Shown one piece after another: positions 1 to 14,769 of a stretch of 64,000 bases of DNA. How positions within the stretch are numbered: position 1 is the first letter of the stretch; every line of letters starts with the position of its first letter. Under the pieces are notes generated by a model. That model did not search any database. It was not told the origin of the DNA and saw only the letters and a program-made list of their open reading frames with translations. Source of the DNA: Eledone cirrhosa (lineage: Eukaryota); NCBI GenBank assembly GCA_964016885.1, contig CAXHJY010000031.1, positions 62,001-126,000 of the forward strand, in the 5' to 3' direction. The position numbers were made by a program, and so were the translations under genes.

Positions 1-3000
1 ATAAATGTGTTAAATAAATGTGTTAAATAAATGTGTTAAATAAAAGTGTTAAATAAAAGTGTTAAATAAATGTGTTAAATAAATGTGTTAAATAAATGTG
101 TTAAATAAATGTGTTAAATAAATGTGTTAAATAAATGTGTTAAATAAATGTGTTAAATAAAAGTGTTAAATAAAAGTGTTAAATAAAAGTGTTAAATAAA
201 AGTGTTAAATAAATGTGTTAAATAAATGTGTTAAATAAATGTGTTAAATAAATGTGTTAAATAAATGTGTTAAATAAATGTGTTAAATAAATGTGTTAAA
301 TAAATGTGTTAAATAAATGTGTTAAATAAATGTGTTAAATAAATGTGTTAAATAAATGTGTTAAATAAATGTGTTAAATAAATGTGTTAAATAAATGTGT
401 TAAATAAAAGTGTTAAATAAAAGTGTTAAATAAAAGTGTTAAATAAAAGTGTTAAATAAATGTGTTAAATAAATGTGTTAAATAAATATGGTAAATAAAT
501 GTGGTAAATAAATAAATGTGTTAAATAAATGTGTTAAATAAATGTGTTAAATAAATGTGTTAAATAAATGTGTTAAATAAATGTGTTAAATAAATGTGTT
601 AAATAAAAGTGTTAAATAAATGTGTGTGTTAAATAAATGTGTTAAATAAATGTGTTAAATAAAAGTGTTAAATAAATGTGTTAAATAAAAGTGTTAAATA
701 AATGTGTTAAATAAATGTGTTAAATAAAAGTGTTAAATAAATGTGTTAAATAAATGTGTTAAATAAAAGTGTTAAATAAAAGTGTTAAATAAATGTGTTA
801 AATAAATGTGTTAAATAAAAGTGTTAAATAAAAGTGTTAAATAAAAGTGTTAAATAAAAGTGTTAAATAAAAGTGTTAAATAAAAGTGTTAAATAAAAGT
901 GTTAAATAAAAGTGTTAAATAAAAGTGTTAAATAAATGTGTTAAATAAATGTGTTAAATAAATGTGTTAAATAAATGTGTTAAATAAATGTGTTAAATAA
1001 ATGTGTTAAATAAATGTGTTAAATAAATGTGTTAAATAAATGTGTTAAATAAATGTGTTAAATAAATGTGTTAAATAAATGTGTTAAACAAAAGTGTTAA
1101 ACAAAAGTGTTAAACAAAAGTGTTAAACAAATGTGTTAAATAAATGTGTTAAATAAATGTGTTAAATAAAAGTGTTAAATAAATGTGTTAAATAAATGTG
1201 TTAAATAAATGTGTTAAATAAAAGTGTTAAATAAATGTGTTAAATAAATGTGTTAAATAAATGTGTTAAATAAATGTGTTAAATAAAAGTGTTAAATAAA
1301 AGTGTTAAATAAAAGTGTTAAATAAAAGTGTTAAATAAATGTGTTAAATAAATGTGTTAAATAAATGTGTTAAATAAATGTGTTAAATAAATGTGTTAAA
1401 TAAATGTGTTAAATAAATGTGTTAAATAAATTTGGTAAATAAATGTGTTAAATAAATGTGGTAAATAAATGTGGTAAATAAATAAATGTGTTAAATAAAT
1501 GTGTTAAATAAATGTGTTAAATAAATGTGTGTGTTAAATAAATGTGTTAAATAAATGTGTTAAATAAAAGTGTTAAATAAAAGTGTTAAATAAAAGTGTT
1601 AAATAAAAGTGTTAAATAAAAGTGTTAAATAAAAGTGTTAAATAAAAGTGTTAAATAAAAGTGTTAAATAAAAGTGTTAAATAAATGTGTTAAATAAATG
1701 TGTTAAATAAAAGTGTTAAATAAAAGTGTTAAATAAAAGTGTTAAATAAAAGTGTTAAATAAAAGTGTTAATTAAATGTGTTAATTAAATGTGTTAAATA
1801 AATGTGTTAAATAAATGTGTTAAATAAAAGTGTTAAATAAAAGTGTTAAATAAAAGTGTTAAATAAAAGTGTTAAATAAAAGTGTTAAATAAATGTGTTA
1901 ATTAAATGTGTTAAATAAATGTGTTAAATAAATGTGTTAAATAAATGTGTTAAATAAATGTGTTAAATAAATGTGTTAAATAAATGTGTTAAATAAAATA
2001 AATGTGTTAAATAAAATAAATGTGTTAAATAAATGTGTTAAATAAATGTGTTAAATAAATGTGTTAAATAAATGTGTTAAATAAATGTGTTAAATAAATG
2101 TGTTAAATAAATGTGTTAAATAAATGTGTTAAATAAATGTGTTAAATAAATGTGTTAAATAAATGTGTTAAATAAAAGTGTTAAATAAAAGTGTTAAATA
2201 AATGTGTTAAATAAAAGTGTTAAATAAATGTGTTAAATAAATGTGTTAAATAAATGTGTTAAATAAAAGTGTTAAATAAAAGTGTTAAATAAAAGTGTTA
2301 AATAAAAGTGTTAAATAAATGTGTTAAATAAATGTGTTAAATAAATGTGTTAAATAAATGTGTTAAATAAATGTGTTAAATAAATGTGTTAAATAAATGT
2401 GTTAAATAAATGTGTTAAATAAAAGTGTTAAATAAATGTGTTAAATAAATGTGTTAAATAAAAGTGTTAAATAAATGTGTTAAATAAAAGTGTTAAATAA
2501 AAGTGTTAAATAAATGTGTTAAATAAAAGTGTTAAATAAAAGTGTTAAATAAAAGTGTTAAATAAAAGTGTTAAATAAAAGTGTTAAATAAAAGTGTTAA
2601 ATAAAAGTGTTAAATAAAAGTGTTAAATAAAAGTGTTAAATAAATGTGTTAAATAAATGTGTTAAATAAATGTGTTAAATAAATGTGTTAAACAAATGTG
2701 TTAAACAAAAGTGTTAAACAAAAGTGTTAAACAAAAGTGTTAAACAAATGTGTTAAATAAAAGTGTTAAATAAAAGTGTTAAATAAAAGTGTTAAATAAA
2801 AGTGTTAAATAAAAGTGTTAAATAAAAGTGTTAAATAAAAGTGTTAAATAAAAGTGTTAAATAAATGTGTTAAATAAATGTGTTAAATAAATGTGTTAAA
2901 TAAATGTGTTAAACAAATGTGTTAAACAAAAGTGTTAAACAAAAGTGTTAAACAAAAGTGTTAAACAAATGTGTTAAATAAATGTGTTAAATAAATGTGT

Positions 3001-6000
3001 TAAATAAATGTGTTAAATAAAAGTGTTAAATAAATGTGTTAAATAAATGTGTTAAATAAATGTGTTAAATAAAAGTGTTAAATAAATGTGTTAAATAAAT
3101 GTGTTAAATAAATGTGTTAAATAAAAGTGTTAAATAAATGTGTTAAATAAAAGTGTTAAATAAAAGTGTTAAATAAAAGTGTTAAATAAATGTGTTAAAT
3201 AAATGTGTTAAATAAATGTGTTAAATAAATGTGTTAAATAAATGTGTTAAATAAATGTGTTAAATAAATGTGTTAAATAAATGTGTTAAATAAATGTGTT
3301 AAATAAATGTGGTAAATAAATGAGGTAAATAGATGTGGTAAATAAATAAATGTGTTAAATAAATGTGTTAAATAAATGTGTTAAATAAAAGTGTTAAATA
3401 AAAGTGTTAAATAAAAGTGTTAAATAAAAGTGTTAAATAAAAGTGTTAAATAAAAGTGTTAATTAAATGTGTTAAATAAATGTGTTAAATAAATGTGTTA
3501 AATAAATGTGTTAAATAAAAGTGTTAAATAAAAGTGTTAAATAAAAGTGTTAAATAAAAGTGTTAAATAAAAGTGTTAAATAAAAGTGTTAAATAAAAGT
3601 GTTAAATAAATGTGTTAAATAAATGTGTTAAATAAATGTGTTAAATAAATGTGTTAAATAAATGTGTTAAATAAATGTGTTAAATAAATGTGTTAAATAA
3701 AAGTGTTAAATAAAAGTGTTAAATAAATGTGTTAAATAAATGTGTTAAATAAATGTGTTAAATAAAAGTGTTAAATAAAAGTGTTAAATAAAAGTGTTAA
3801 ATAAAAGTGTTAAATAAAAGTGTTAAATAAAAGTGTTAAATAAAAGTGTTAAATAAATGTGTTAAATAAATGTGTTAAATAAATGTGTTAAATAAATGTG
3901 TTAAATAAATGTGTTAAATAAATGTGTTAAATAAATGTGTTAAATAAATGTGTTAAATAAATGTGTTAAATAAATGTGTTAAATAAAAGTGTTAAATAAA
4001 AGTGTTAAATAAAAGTGTTAAATAAAAGTGTTAAATAAATGTGTTAAATAAATGTGTTAAATAAATGTGTTAAATAAATGTGTTAAATAAATGTGTTAAA
4101 TAAATGTGTTAAATAAATGTGTTAAATAAGCGTGGTAAATAAGCGTGGTAAATAAATGTGGTAAATAAATAAATGTGTTAAATAAATGTGTTAAATAAAT
4201 GTGTTAAATAAAAGTGTTAAATAAAAGTGTTAAATAAATGTGTTAAATAAATGTGTTAAATAAATGTGTTAAATAAATGTGTTAAATAAATGTGTTAAAT
4301 AAATGTGTTAAATAAATGTGTTAAATAAAATAAATGTGTTAAATAAATGTGTTAAATAAATGTGTTAAATAAATGTGTTAAATAAATGTGTTAAATAAAT
4401 GTGTTAAATAAATGTGTTAAATAAATGTGTTAAATAAATGTGTTAAATAAAATAAATGTGTTAAATAAAATAAATGTGTTAAATAAAATAAATGTGTTAA
4501 ATAAATGTGTTAAATAAATGTGTTAAATAAATGTGTTAAATAAATGTGTTAAATAAATGTGTTAAATAAATGTGTTAAATAAATGTGTTAAATAAATGTG
4601 TTAAATAAATGTGTTAAATAAAAGTGTTAAATAAAAGTGTTAAATAAATGTGTTAAATAAATGTGTTAAATAAATGTGTTAAATAAATGTGTTAAATAAA
4701 TGTGTTAAATAAATGTGTTAAATAAATGTGTTAAATAAAAGTGTTAAATAAAAGTGTTAAATAAAAGTGTTAAATAAAAGTGTTAAATAAATGTGTTAAA
4801 TAAATGTGTTAAATAAATGTGTTAAATAAATGTGTTAAATAAATGTGTTAAATAAATGTGTTAAATAAATGTGTTAAATAAATGTGTTAAATAAATGTGT
4901 TAAATAAATGTGTTAAATAAATGTGTTAAATAAATGTGTTAAATAAATGTGTTAAATAAATGTGTTAAATAAAAGTGTTAAATAAAAGTGTTAAATAAAA
5001 GTGTTAAATAAAAGTGTTAAATAAATGTGTTAAATAAATGTGTTAAATAAATATGGTAAATAAATGTGGTAAATAAATAAATGTGTTAAATAAATGTGTT
5101 AAATAAATGTGTTAAATAAATGTGTTAAATAAATGTGTTAAATAAATGTGTTAAATAAATGTGTTAAATAAAAGTGTTAAATAAATGTGTGTGTTAAATA
5201 AATGTGTTAAATAAATGTGTTAAATAAAAGTGTTAAATAAATGTGTTAAATAAAAGTGTTAAATAAATGTGTTAAATAAATGTGTTAAATAAAAGTGTTA
5301 AATAAATGTGTTAAATAAATGTGTTAAATAAAAGTGTTAAATAAAAGTGTTAAATAAAAGTGTTAAATAAAAGTGTTAAATAAAAGTGTTAAATAAAAGT
5401 GTTAAATAAAAGTGTTAAATAAAAGTGTTAAATAAAAGTGTTAAATAAATGTGTTAAATAAATGTGTTAAATAAATGTGTTAAATAAATGTGTTAAATAA
5501 ATGTGTTAAATAAATGTGTTAAATAAATGTGTTAAATAAATGTGTTAAATAAATGTGTTAAATAAATGTGTTAAATAAATGTGTTAAATAAATGTGTTAA
5601 ACAAAAGTGTTAAACAAAAGTGTTAAACAAAAGTGTTAAACAAATGTGTTAAATAAATGTGTTAAATAAATGTGTTAAATAAAAGTGTTAAATAAATGTG
5701 TTAAATAAATGTGTTAAATAAATGTGTTAAATAAAAGTGTTAAATAAATGTGTTAAATAAATGTGTTAAATAAATGTGTTAAATAAATGTGTTAAATAAA
5801 AGTGTTAAATAAAAGTGTTAAATAAAAGTGTTAAATAAAAGTGTTAAATAAATGTGTTAAATAAATGTGTTAAATAAATGTGTTAAATAAATGTGTTAAA
5901 TAAATGTGTTAAATAAATGTGTTAAATAAATGTGTTAAATAAATTTGGTAAATAAATGTGTTAAATAAATGTGGTAAATAAATGTGGTAAATAAATAAAT

Positions 6001-8290
6001 GTGTTAAATAAATGTGTTAAATAAATGTGTTAAATAAATGTGTGTGTTAAATAAATGTGTTAAATAAATGTGTTAAATAAAAGTGTTAAATAAAAGTGTT
6101 AAATAAAAGTGTTAAATAAAAGTGTTAAATAAAAGTGTTAAATAAAAGTGTTAAATAAAAGTGTTAAATAAAAGTGTTAAATAAAAGTGTTAAATAAATG
6201 TGTTAAATAAATGTGTTAAATAAAAGTGTTAAATAAAAGTGTTAAATAAAAGTGTTAAATAAAAGTGTTAAATAAAAGTGTTAATTAAATGTGTTAATTA
6301 AATGTGTTAAATAAATGTGTTAAATAAATGTGTTAAATAAAAGTGTTAAATAAAAGTGTTAAATAAAAGTGTTAAATAAAAGTGTTAAATAAAAGTGTTA
6401 AATAAATGTGTTAATTAAATGTGTTAAATAAATGTGTTAAATAAATGTGTTAAATAAATGTGTTAAATAAATGTGTTAAATAAATGTGTTAAATAAATGT
6501 GTTAAATAAAATAAATGTGTTAAATAAAATAAATGTGTTAAATAAATGTGTTAAATAAATGTGTTAAATAAATGTGTTAAATAAATGTGTTAAATAAATG
6601 TGTTAAATAAATGTGTTAAATAAATGTGTTAAATAAATGTGTTAAATAAATGTGTTAAATAAATGTGTTAAATAAATGTGTTAAATAAAAGTGTTAAATA
6701 AAAGTGTTAAATAAATGTGTTAAATAAAAGTGTTAAATAAATGTGTTAAATAAATGTGTTAAATAAATGTGTTAAATAAAAGTGTTAAATAAAAGTGTTA
6801 AATAAAAGTGTTAAATAAAAGTGTTAAATAAATGTGTTAAATAAATGTGTTAAATAAATGTGTTAAATAAATGTGTTAAATAAATGTGTTAAATAAATGT
6901 GTTAAATAAATGTGTTAAATAAATGTGTTAAATAAAAGTGTTAAATAAATGTGTTAAATAAATGTGTTAAATAAAAGTGTTAAATAAATGTGTTAAATAA
7001 AAGTGTTAAATAAAAGTGTTAAATAAATGTGTTAAATAAAAGTGTTAAATAAAAGTGTTAAATAAAAGTGTTAAATAAAAGTGTTAAATAAAAGTGTTAA
7101 ATAAAAGTGTTAAATAAAAGTGTTAAATAAAAGTGTTAAATAAAAGTGTTAAATAAATGTGTTAAATAAATGTGTTAAATAAATGTGTTAAATAAATGTG
7201 TTAAACAAATGTGTTAAACAAAAGTGTTAAACAAAAGTGTTAAACAAAAGTGTTAAACAAATGTGTTAAATAAATGTGTTAAATAAATGTGTTAAATAAA
7301 TGTGTTAAATAAAAGTGTTAAATAAATGTGTTAAATAAATGTGTTAAATAAATGTGTTAAATAAAAGTGTTAAATAAATGTGTTAAATAAATGTGTTAAA
7401 TAAATGTGTTAAATAAAAGTGTTAAATAAATGTGTTAAATAAAAGTGTTAAATAAAAGTGTTAAATAAAAGTGTTAAATAAATGTGTTAAATAAATGTGT
7501 TAAATAAATGTGTTAAATAAATGTGTTAAATAAATGTGTTAAATAAATGTGTTAAATAAATGTGTTAAATAAATGTGTTAAATAAATGTGTTAAATAAAT
7601 GTGGTAAATAAATGAGGTAAATAGATGTGGTAAATAAATAAATGTGTTAAATAAATGTGTTAAATAAATGTGTTAAATAAAAGTGTTAAATAAAAGTGTT
7701 AAATAAAAGTGTTAAATAAAAGTGTTAAATAAAAGTGTTAAATAAAAGTGTTAAATAAAAGTGTTAATTAAATGTGTTAAATAAATGTGTTAAATAAATG
7801 TGTTAAATAAATGTGTTAAATAAAAGTGTTAAATAAAAGTGTTAAATAAAAGTGTTAAATAAAAGTGTTAAATAAAAGTGTTAAATAAAAGTGTTAAATA
7901 AAAGTGTTAAATAAAAGTGTTAAATAAATGTGTTAAATAAATGTGTTAAATAAATGTGTTAAATAAATGTGTTAAATAAATGTGTTAAATAAATGTGTTA
8001 AATAAAAGTGTTAAATAAAAGTGTTAAATAAATGTGTTAAATAAATGTGTTAAATAAATGTGTTAAATAAAAGTGTTAAATAAAAGTGTTAAATAAAAGT
8101 GTTAAATAAAAGTGTTAAATAAAAGTGTTAAATAAAAGTGTTAAATAAAAGTGTTAAATAAATGTGTTAAATAAATGTGTTAAATAAATGTGTTAAATAA
8201 ATGTGTTAAATAAATGTGTTAAATAAATGTGTTAAATAAATGTGTTAAATAAATGTGTTAAATAAATGTGTTAAATAAATGTGTTAAATA
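1..8290. repeat. Tandem ~4.3-4.5 kb higher-order repeat (partial first unit plus full second unit, boundary near 3850)
   Basis: Marker pairs: ATATGG 486/5051, TTTGG 1431/5944, TGAGGTAAATAGATG 3321/7613. Confidence 0.88.
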
Positions 8291-11200
8291 AATGTGTTAA
8301 ATAAATGTGTTAAATAAATGTGTTAAATAAAAGTGTTAAATAAATGTTTTAAATAAAATAAATGTGTTAAATAAATGTGTTAAATAAATGTGTTAAATAA
8401 ATGTGTTAAATAAATGTGTTAAATAAATGTGTTAAATAAAAGTGTTAAATAAAAGTGTTAAATAAATGTGTTAAATAAATGTGTTAAATAAATGTGTTAA
8501 ATAAATGTGTTAAATAAATGTGTTAAATAAATGTGTTAAATAAATGTGTTAAATAAATGTGTTAAATAAATGTGTTAAATAAATGTGTTAAATAAATGTG
8601 TTAAATAAATGTGTTAAATAAATGTGTTAAATAAATGTGTTAAATAAATGTGTTAAATAAATGTGTTAAATAAATGTGTTAAATAAATGTGTTAAATAAA
8701 TGTGTTAAATAAATGTGTTAAATAAATGTGTTAAATAAATGTGTTAAATAAAAGTGTTAAATAAAAGTGTTAAATAAAAGTGTTAAATAAATGTGTTAAA
8801 TAAAAGTGTTAAATAAATGTGTTAAATAAAAGTGTTAAATAAAAGTGTTAAATAAAAGTGTTAAATAAAAGTGTTAAATAAAAGTGTTAAATAAAAGTGT
8901 TAAATAAAAGTGTTAAATAAATGTGTTAAATAAATGTGTTAAATAAATGTGTTAAATAAATGTGTTAAATAAATGTGGTAAATAAATGTGTTAAATAAAT
9001 GTGTTAAATAAATGTGTTAAATAAATGTGTTAAATAAATGTGTTAAATAAATGTGTTAAATAAATGTGTTAAATAAATGTGTTAAATAAATGTGTTAAAT
9101 AAATGTGTTAAATAAAAGTGTTAAATAAAAGTGTTAAATAAAAGTGTTAAATAAATGTGTTAAATAAATGTGTTAAATAAATGTGTTAAATAAATGTGTT
9201 AAATAAATGTGGTAAATAAAAGTGGTAAATAAATAAATGTGTTAAATAAATGTGTTAAATAAATGTGTTAAATAAATGTGTTAAATAAATGTGTTAAATA
9301 AATGTGTTAAATAAAAGTGTTAAATAAATGTGTGTGTTAAATAAATGTGTTAAATAAATGTGTTAAATAAATGTGTTAAATAAAAGTGTTAAATAAATGT
9401 GTTAAATAAATGTGTTAAATAAAAGTGTTAAATAAATGTGTTAAATAAATGTGTTAAATAAAAGTGTTAAATAAAAGTGTTAAATAAATGTGTTAAATAA
9501 AAGTGTTAAATAAAAGTGTTAAATAAAAGTGTTAAATAAAAGTGTTAAATAAATGTGTTAAATAAATGTGTTAAATAAATGTGTTAAATAAATGTGTTAA
9601 ATAAATGTGTTAAATAAATGTGTTAAATAAATGTGTTAAACAAAAGTGTTAAACAAAAGTGTTAAACAAAAGTGTTAAACAAATGTGTTAAATAAATGTG
9701 TTAAATAAATGTGTTAAATAAATGTGTTAAATAAAAGTGTTAAATAAATGTGTTAAATAAATGTGTTAAATAAATGTGTTAAATAAAAGTGTTAAATAAA
9801 TGTGTTAAATAAATGTGTTAAATAAATGTGTTAAATAAATGTGTTAAATAAAAGTGTTAAATAAATGTGTTAAATAAATGTGTTAAATAAATGTGTTAAA
9901 TAAAAGTGTTAAATAAAAGTGTTAAATAAAAGTGTTAAATAAATGTGTTAAATAAATGTGTTAAATAAATGTGTTAAATAAATGTGTTAAATAAATGTGT
10001 TAAATAAATGTGTTAAATAAATGTGTTAAATAAATGTGGTAAATAAATGTGTTAAATAAATGTGGTAAATAAATGTGGTAAATAAATAAATGTGTTAAAT
10101 AAATGTGTTAAATAAATGTGTTAAATAAATGTGTGTGTTAAATAAATGTGTTAAATAAAAGTGTTAAATAAATGTGTTAAATAAAAGTGTTAAATAAAAA
10201 TGTTAAATAAAAGTGTTAAATAAAAGTGTTAAATAAAAGTGTTAAATAAAAGTGTTAAATAAATGTGTTAAATAAATGTGTTAAATAAAAGTGTTAAATA
10301 AAAGTGTTAAATAAAAGTGTTAAATAAAAGTGTTAAATAAAAGTGTTAAATAAAAGTGTTAAATAAATGTGTTAATTAAATGTGTTAAATAAATGTGTTA
10401 AATAAATGTGTTAAATAAATGTGTTAAATAAATGTGTTAAATAAATGTGTTAAATAAATGTGTTAAATAAATGTGTTAAATAAATGTGTTAAATAAATGT
10501 GTTAAATAAATGTGTTAAATAAATGTGTTAAATAAATGTGTTAAATAAATGTGTTAAATAAATGTGTTAAATAAATGTGTTAAATAAATGTGTTAAATAA
10601 ATGTGTTAAATAAATGTGTTAAATAAATGTGTTAAATAAATGTGTTAAATAAATGTGTTAAATAAAAGTGTTAAATAAAAGTGTTAAATAAAAGTGTTAA
10701 ATAAAAGTGTTAAATAAATGTGTTAAATAAATGTGTTAAATAAATGTGTTAAATAAAAGTGTTAAATAAAAGTGTTAAATAAAAGTGTTAAATAAATGTG
10801 TTAAATAAATGTGTTAAATAAATGTGTTAAATAAATGTGTTAAATAAATGTGTTAAATAAATGTGTTAAATAAATGTGTTAAATAAATGTGTTAAATAAA
10901 TGTGTTAAATAAATGTGTTAAATAAATGTGTTAAATAAAAGTGTTAAATAAATGTGTTAAATAAATGTGTTAAATAAATGTGTTAAATAAATGTGTTAAA
11001 TAAATGTGTTAAATAAATGTGTTAAATAAATGTGTTAAATAAATGTGTTAAATAAATGTGTTAAATAAATGTGTTAAATAAATGTGTTAAATAAAAGTGT
11101 TAAATAAAAGTGTTAAATAAATGTGTTAAATAAATGTGTTAAATAAATGTGTTAAATAAATGTGTTAAATAAATGTGTTAAATAAATGTGTTAAATAAAT

Positions 11201-14200
11201 GTGTTAAATAAATGTGTTAAATAAATGTGTTAAATAAAATAAATGTGTTAAATAAATGTGTTAAATAAATGTGTTAAATAAATGTGTTAAATAAATGTGT
11301 TAAATAAATGTGTTAAATAAATGTGTTAAATAAATGTGTTAAATAAATGTGTTAAATAAATGTGTTAAATAAATGTGTTAAATAAATGTGTTAAATAAAT
11401 GTGTTAAATAAATGTGTTAAATAAAAGTGTTAAATAAAAGTGTTAAATAAATGTGTTAAATAAATGTGTTAAATAAATGTGTTAAATAAATGTGTTAAAT
11501 AAATGTGTTAAATAAATGTGTTAAATAAATGTGTTAAATAAATGTGTTAAATAAATGTGGTAAATAAATGTGTTAAATAAATGTGGTAAATAAATGTGGT
11601 AAATAAATGTGGTAAATAAATAAATGTGTTAAATAAATGTGTTAAATAAATGTGTTAAATAAATGTGTTAAATAAATGTGTTAAATAAAAGTGTTAAATA
11701 AAAGTGTTAAATAAAAGTGTTAAATAAAAGTGTTAAATAAATGTGTTAAATAAATGTGTTAAATGAATGTGTTAAATAAAAGTGTTAAATAAAAGTGTTA
11801 AATAAATGTGTTAAATAAATGTGTTAAATGAATGTGTTAAATAAATGTGTTAAATAAATGTGTTAAATAAATGTGTTAAATAAATGTGTTAAATAAAATA
11901 AATGTGTTAAATAAATGTGTTAAATAAATGTGTTAAATAAATGTGTTAAATAAATGTGTTAAATAAATGTGTTAAATAAATGTGTTAAATAAATGTGTTA
12001 AATAAATGTGTTAAATAAATGTGTTAAATAAATGTGTTAAATAAATGTGTTAAATAAATGTGTTAAATAAATGTGTTAAATAAAAGTGTTAAATAAAAGT
12101 GTTAAATAAAAGTGTTAAATAAATGTGTTAAATAAAAGTGTTAAATAAAAGTGTTAAATAAATGTGTTAAATAAAAGTGTTAAATAAAAGTGTTAAATAA
12201 AAGTGTTAAATAAAAGTGTTAAATAAAAGTGTTAAATAAAAGTGTTAAATAAAAGTGTTAAATAAAAGTGTTAAATAAAAGTGTTAAATAAATGTGTTAA
12301 ATAAATGTGTTAAATAAAAGTGTTAAATAAAAGTGTTAAATAAATGTGTTAAATAAATGTGTTAAATAAATGTGTTAAATAAATGTGTTAAATAAATGTG
12401 TTAAATAAATGTGTTAAATAAATGTGTTAAATAAATGTGTTAAATAAATGTGTTAAATAAATGTGTTAAATAAATGTGTTAAATAAATGTGTTAAATAAA
12501 TGTGTTAAATAAATGTGTTAAATAAATGTGTTAAATAAATGTGTTAAATAAATGTGTTAAATAAATGTGTTAAATAAAAGTGTTAAATAAAAGTGTTAAA
12601 TAAATGTGTTAAATAAATGTGTTAAATAAAAGTGTTAAATAAATGTGTTAAATAAAAGTGTTAAATAAATGTGTTAAATAAATGTGTTAAATAAATGTGT
12701 TAAATAAATGTGTTAAATAAATGTGTTAAATAAATGTGTTAAATAAATGTGTTAAATAAATGTGTTAAATAAAAGTGTTAAATAAATGTGTTAAATAAAT
12801 GTGTTAAATAAATGTGTTAAATAAAAGTGTTAAATAAATGTGTTAAATAAAAGTGTTAAATAAATGTGTTAAATAAATGTGTTAAATAAATGTGTTAAAT
12901 AAAAGTGTTAAATAAAAGTGTTAAATAAAAGTGTTAAATAAAAGTGTTAAATAAATGTGTTAAATAAATGAGTTAAATAAATGAGTTAAATAAATGTGTT
13001 AAATAAATGTGTTAAATAAATGTGGTAAATAAATAAATGTGTTAAATAAATAAATGTGTTAAATAAATGTGTTAAATAAATGTGTTAAATAAATGTGTTA
13101 AATAAATGTGTTAAATAAATGTGTTAAATAAATGTGTTAAATAAATGTGTTAAATAAATGTGTTAAATAAATGTGTTAAATAAATGTGTTAAATAAATGT
13201 GTTAAATAAATGTGTTAAATAAATGTGTTAAATAAATGTGTTAAATAAAAGTGTTAAATAAAAGTGTTAAATAAAAGTGTTAAATAAAAGTGTTAAATAA
13301 ATGTGTTAAATAAATGTGTTAAATAAATGTGTTAAATAAATGTGTTAAATAAATGTGTTAAATAAATGTGTTAAATAAATGTGTTAAATAAATGTGTTAA
13401 ATAAATGTGTTAAATAAATGTGTTAAATAAATGTGTTAAATAAATGTGTTAAATAAATGTGTTAAATAAAAGTGTTAAATAAATGTGTTAAATAAATGTG
13501 TTAAATAAATGTGTTAAATAAAAGTGTTAAATAAATGTGTTAAATAAATGTGTTAAATAAATGTGTTAAATAAATGTGTTAAATAAAAGTGTTAAATAAA
13601 AGTGTTAAATAAAAGTGTTAAATAAAAGTGTTAAATAAAAGTGTTAAATAAATGTGTTAAATAAATGTGTTAAATAAATGTGTTAAATAAATGTGTTAAA
13701 TAAATGTGTTAAATAAATGTGTTAAATAAATGTGTTAAATAAATGTGTTAAATAAATGTGTTAAATAAAAGTGTTAAATAAAAGTGTTAAATAAAAGTGT
13801 TAAATAAATGTGTTAAATAAATGTGTTAAATAAATGTGTTAAATAAATGTGTTAAATAAATGTGTTAAATAAATGTGTTAAATAAATGTGGTAAATAAAT
13901 GTGTTAAATAAATGTGGTAAATAAATGTGGTAAATAAATGTGGTAAATAAATAAATGTGTTAAATAAATGTGTTAAATAAATGTGTTAAATAAATGTGTT
14001 AAATAAATGTGTTAAATAAATGTGTTAAATAAATGTGTTAAATAAATGTGTTAAATAAATGTGTTAAATAAATGTGTTAAATAAAAGTGTTAAATAAATG
14101 TGTTAAATAAATGTGTTAAATAAATGTGTTAAATAAATGTGTTAAATAAATGTGTTAAATAAATGTGTTAAATAAATGTGTTAAATAAATGTGTTAAATA

Positions 14201-14769
14201 AAATAAATGTGTTAAATAAATGTGTTAAATAAATGTGTTAAATAAATGTGTTAAATAAATGTGTTAAATAAATGTGTTAAATAAAAGTGTTAAATAAAAG
14301 TGTTAAATAAATGTGTTAAATAAATGTGTTAAATAAATGTGTTAAATAAAAGTGTTAAATAAAAGTGTTAAATAAATGTGTTAAATAAAAGTGTTAAATA
14401 AAAGTGTTAAATAAAAGTGTTAAATAAAAGTGTTAAATAAAAGTGTTAAATAAAAGTGTTAAATAAATGTGTTAAATAAATGTGTTAAATAAATGTGTTA
14501 AATAAATGTGTTAAATAAATGTGTTAAATAAATGTGTTAAATAAATGTGTTAAATAAATGTGTTAAATAAATGTGTTAAATAAATGTGTTAAATAAATGT
14601 GTTAAATAAATGTGTTAAATAAAAGTGTTAAATAAATGTGTTAAATAAATGTGTTAAATAAATGTGTTAAATAAATGTGTTAAATAAATGTGTTAAATAA
14701 ATGTGTTAAATAAATGTGTTAAATAAATGTGTTAAATAAATGTGTTAAATAAATGTGTTAAATAAAAGT

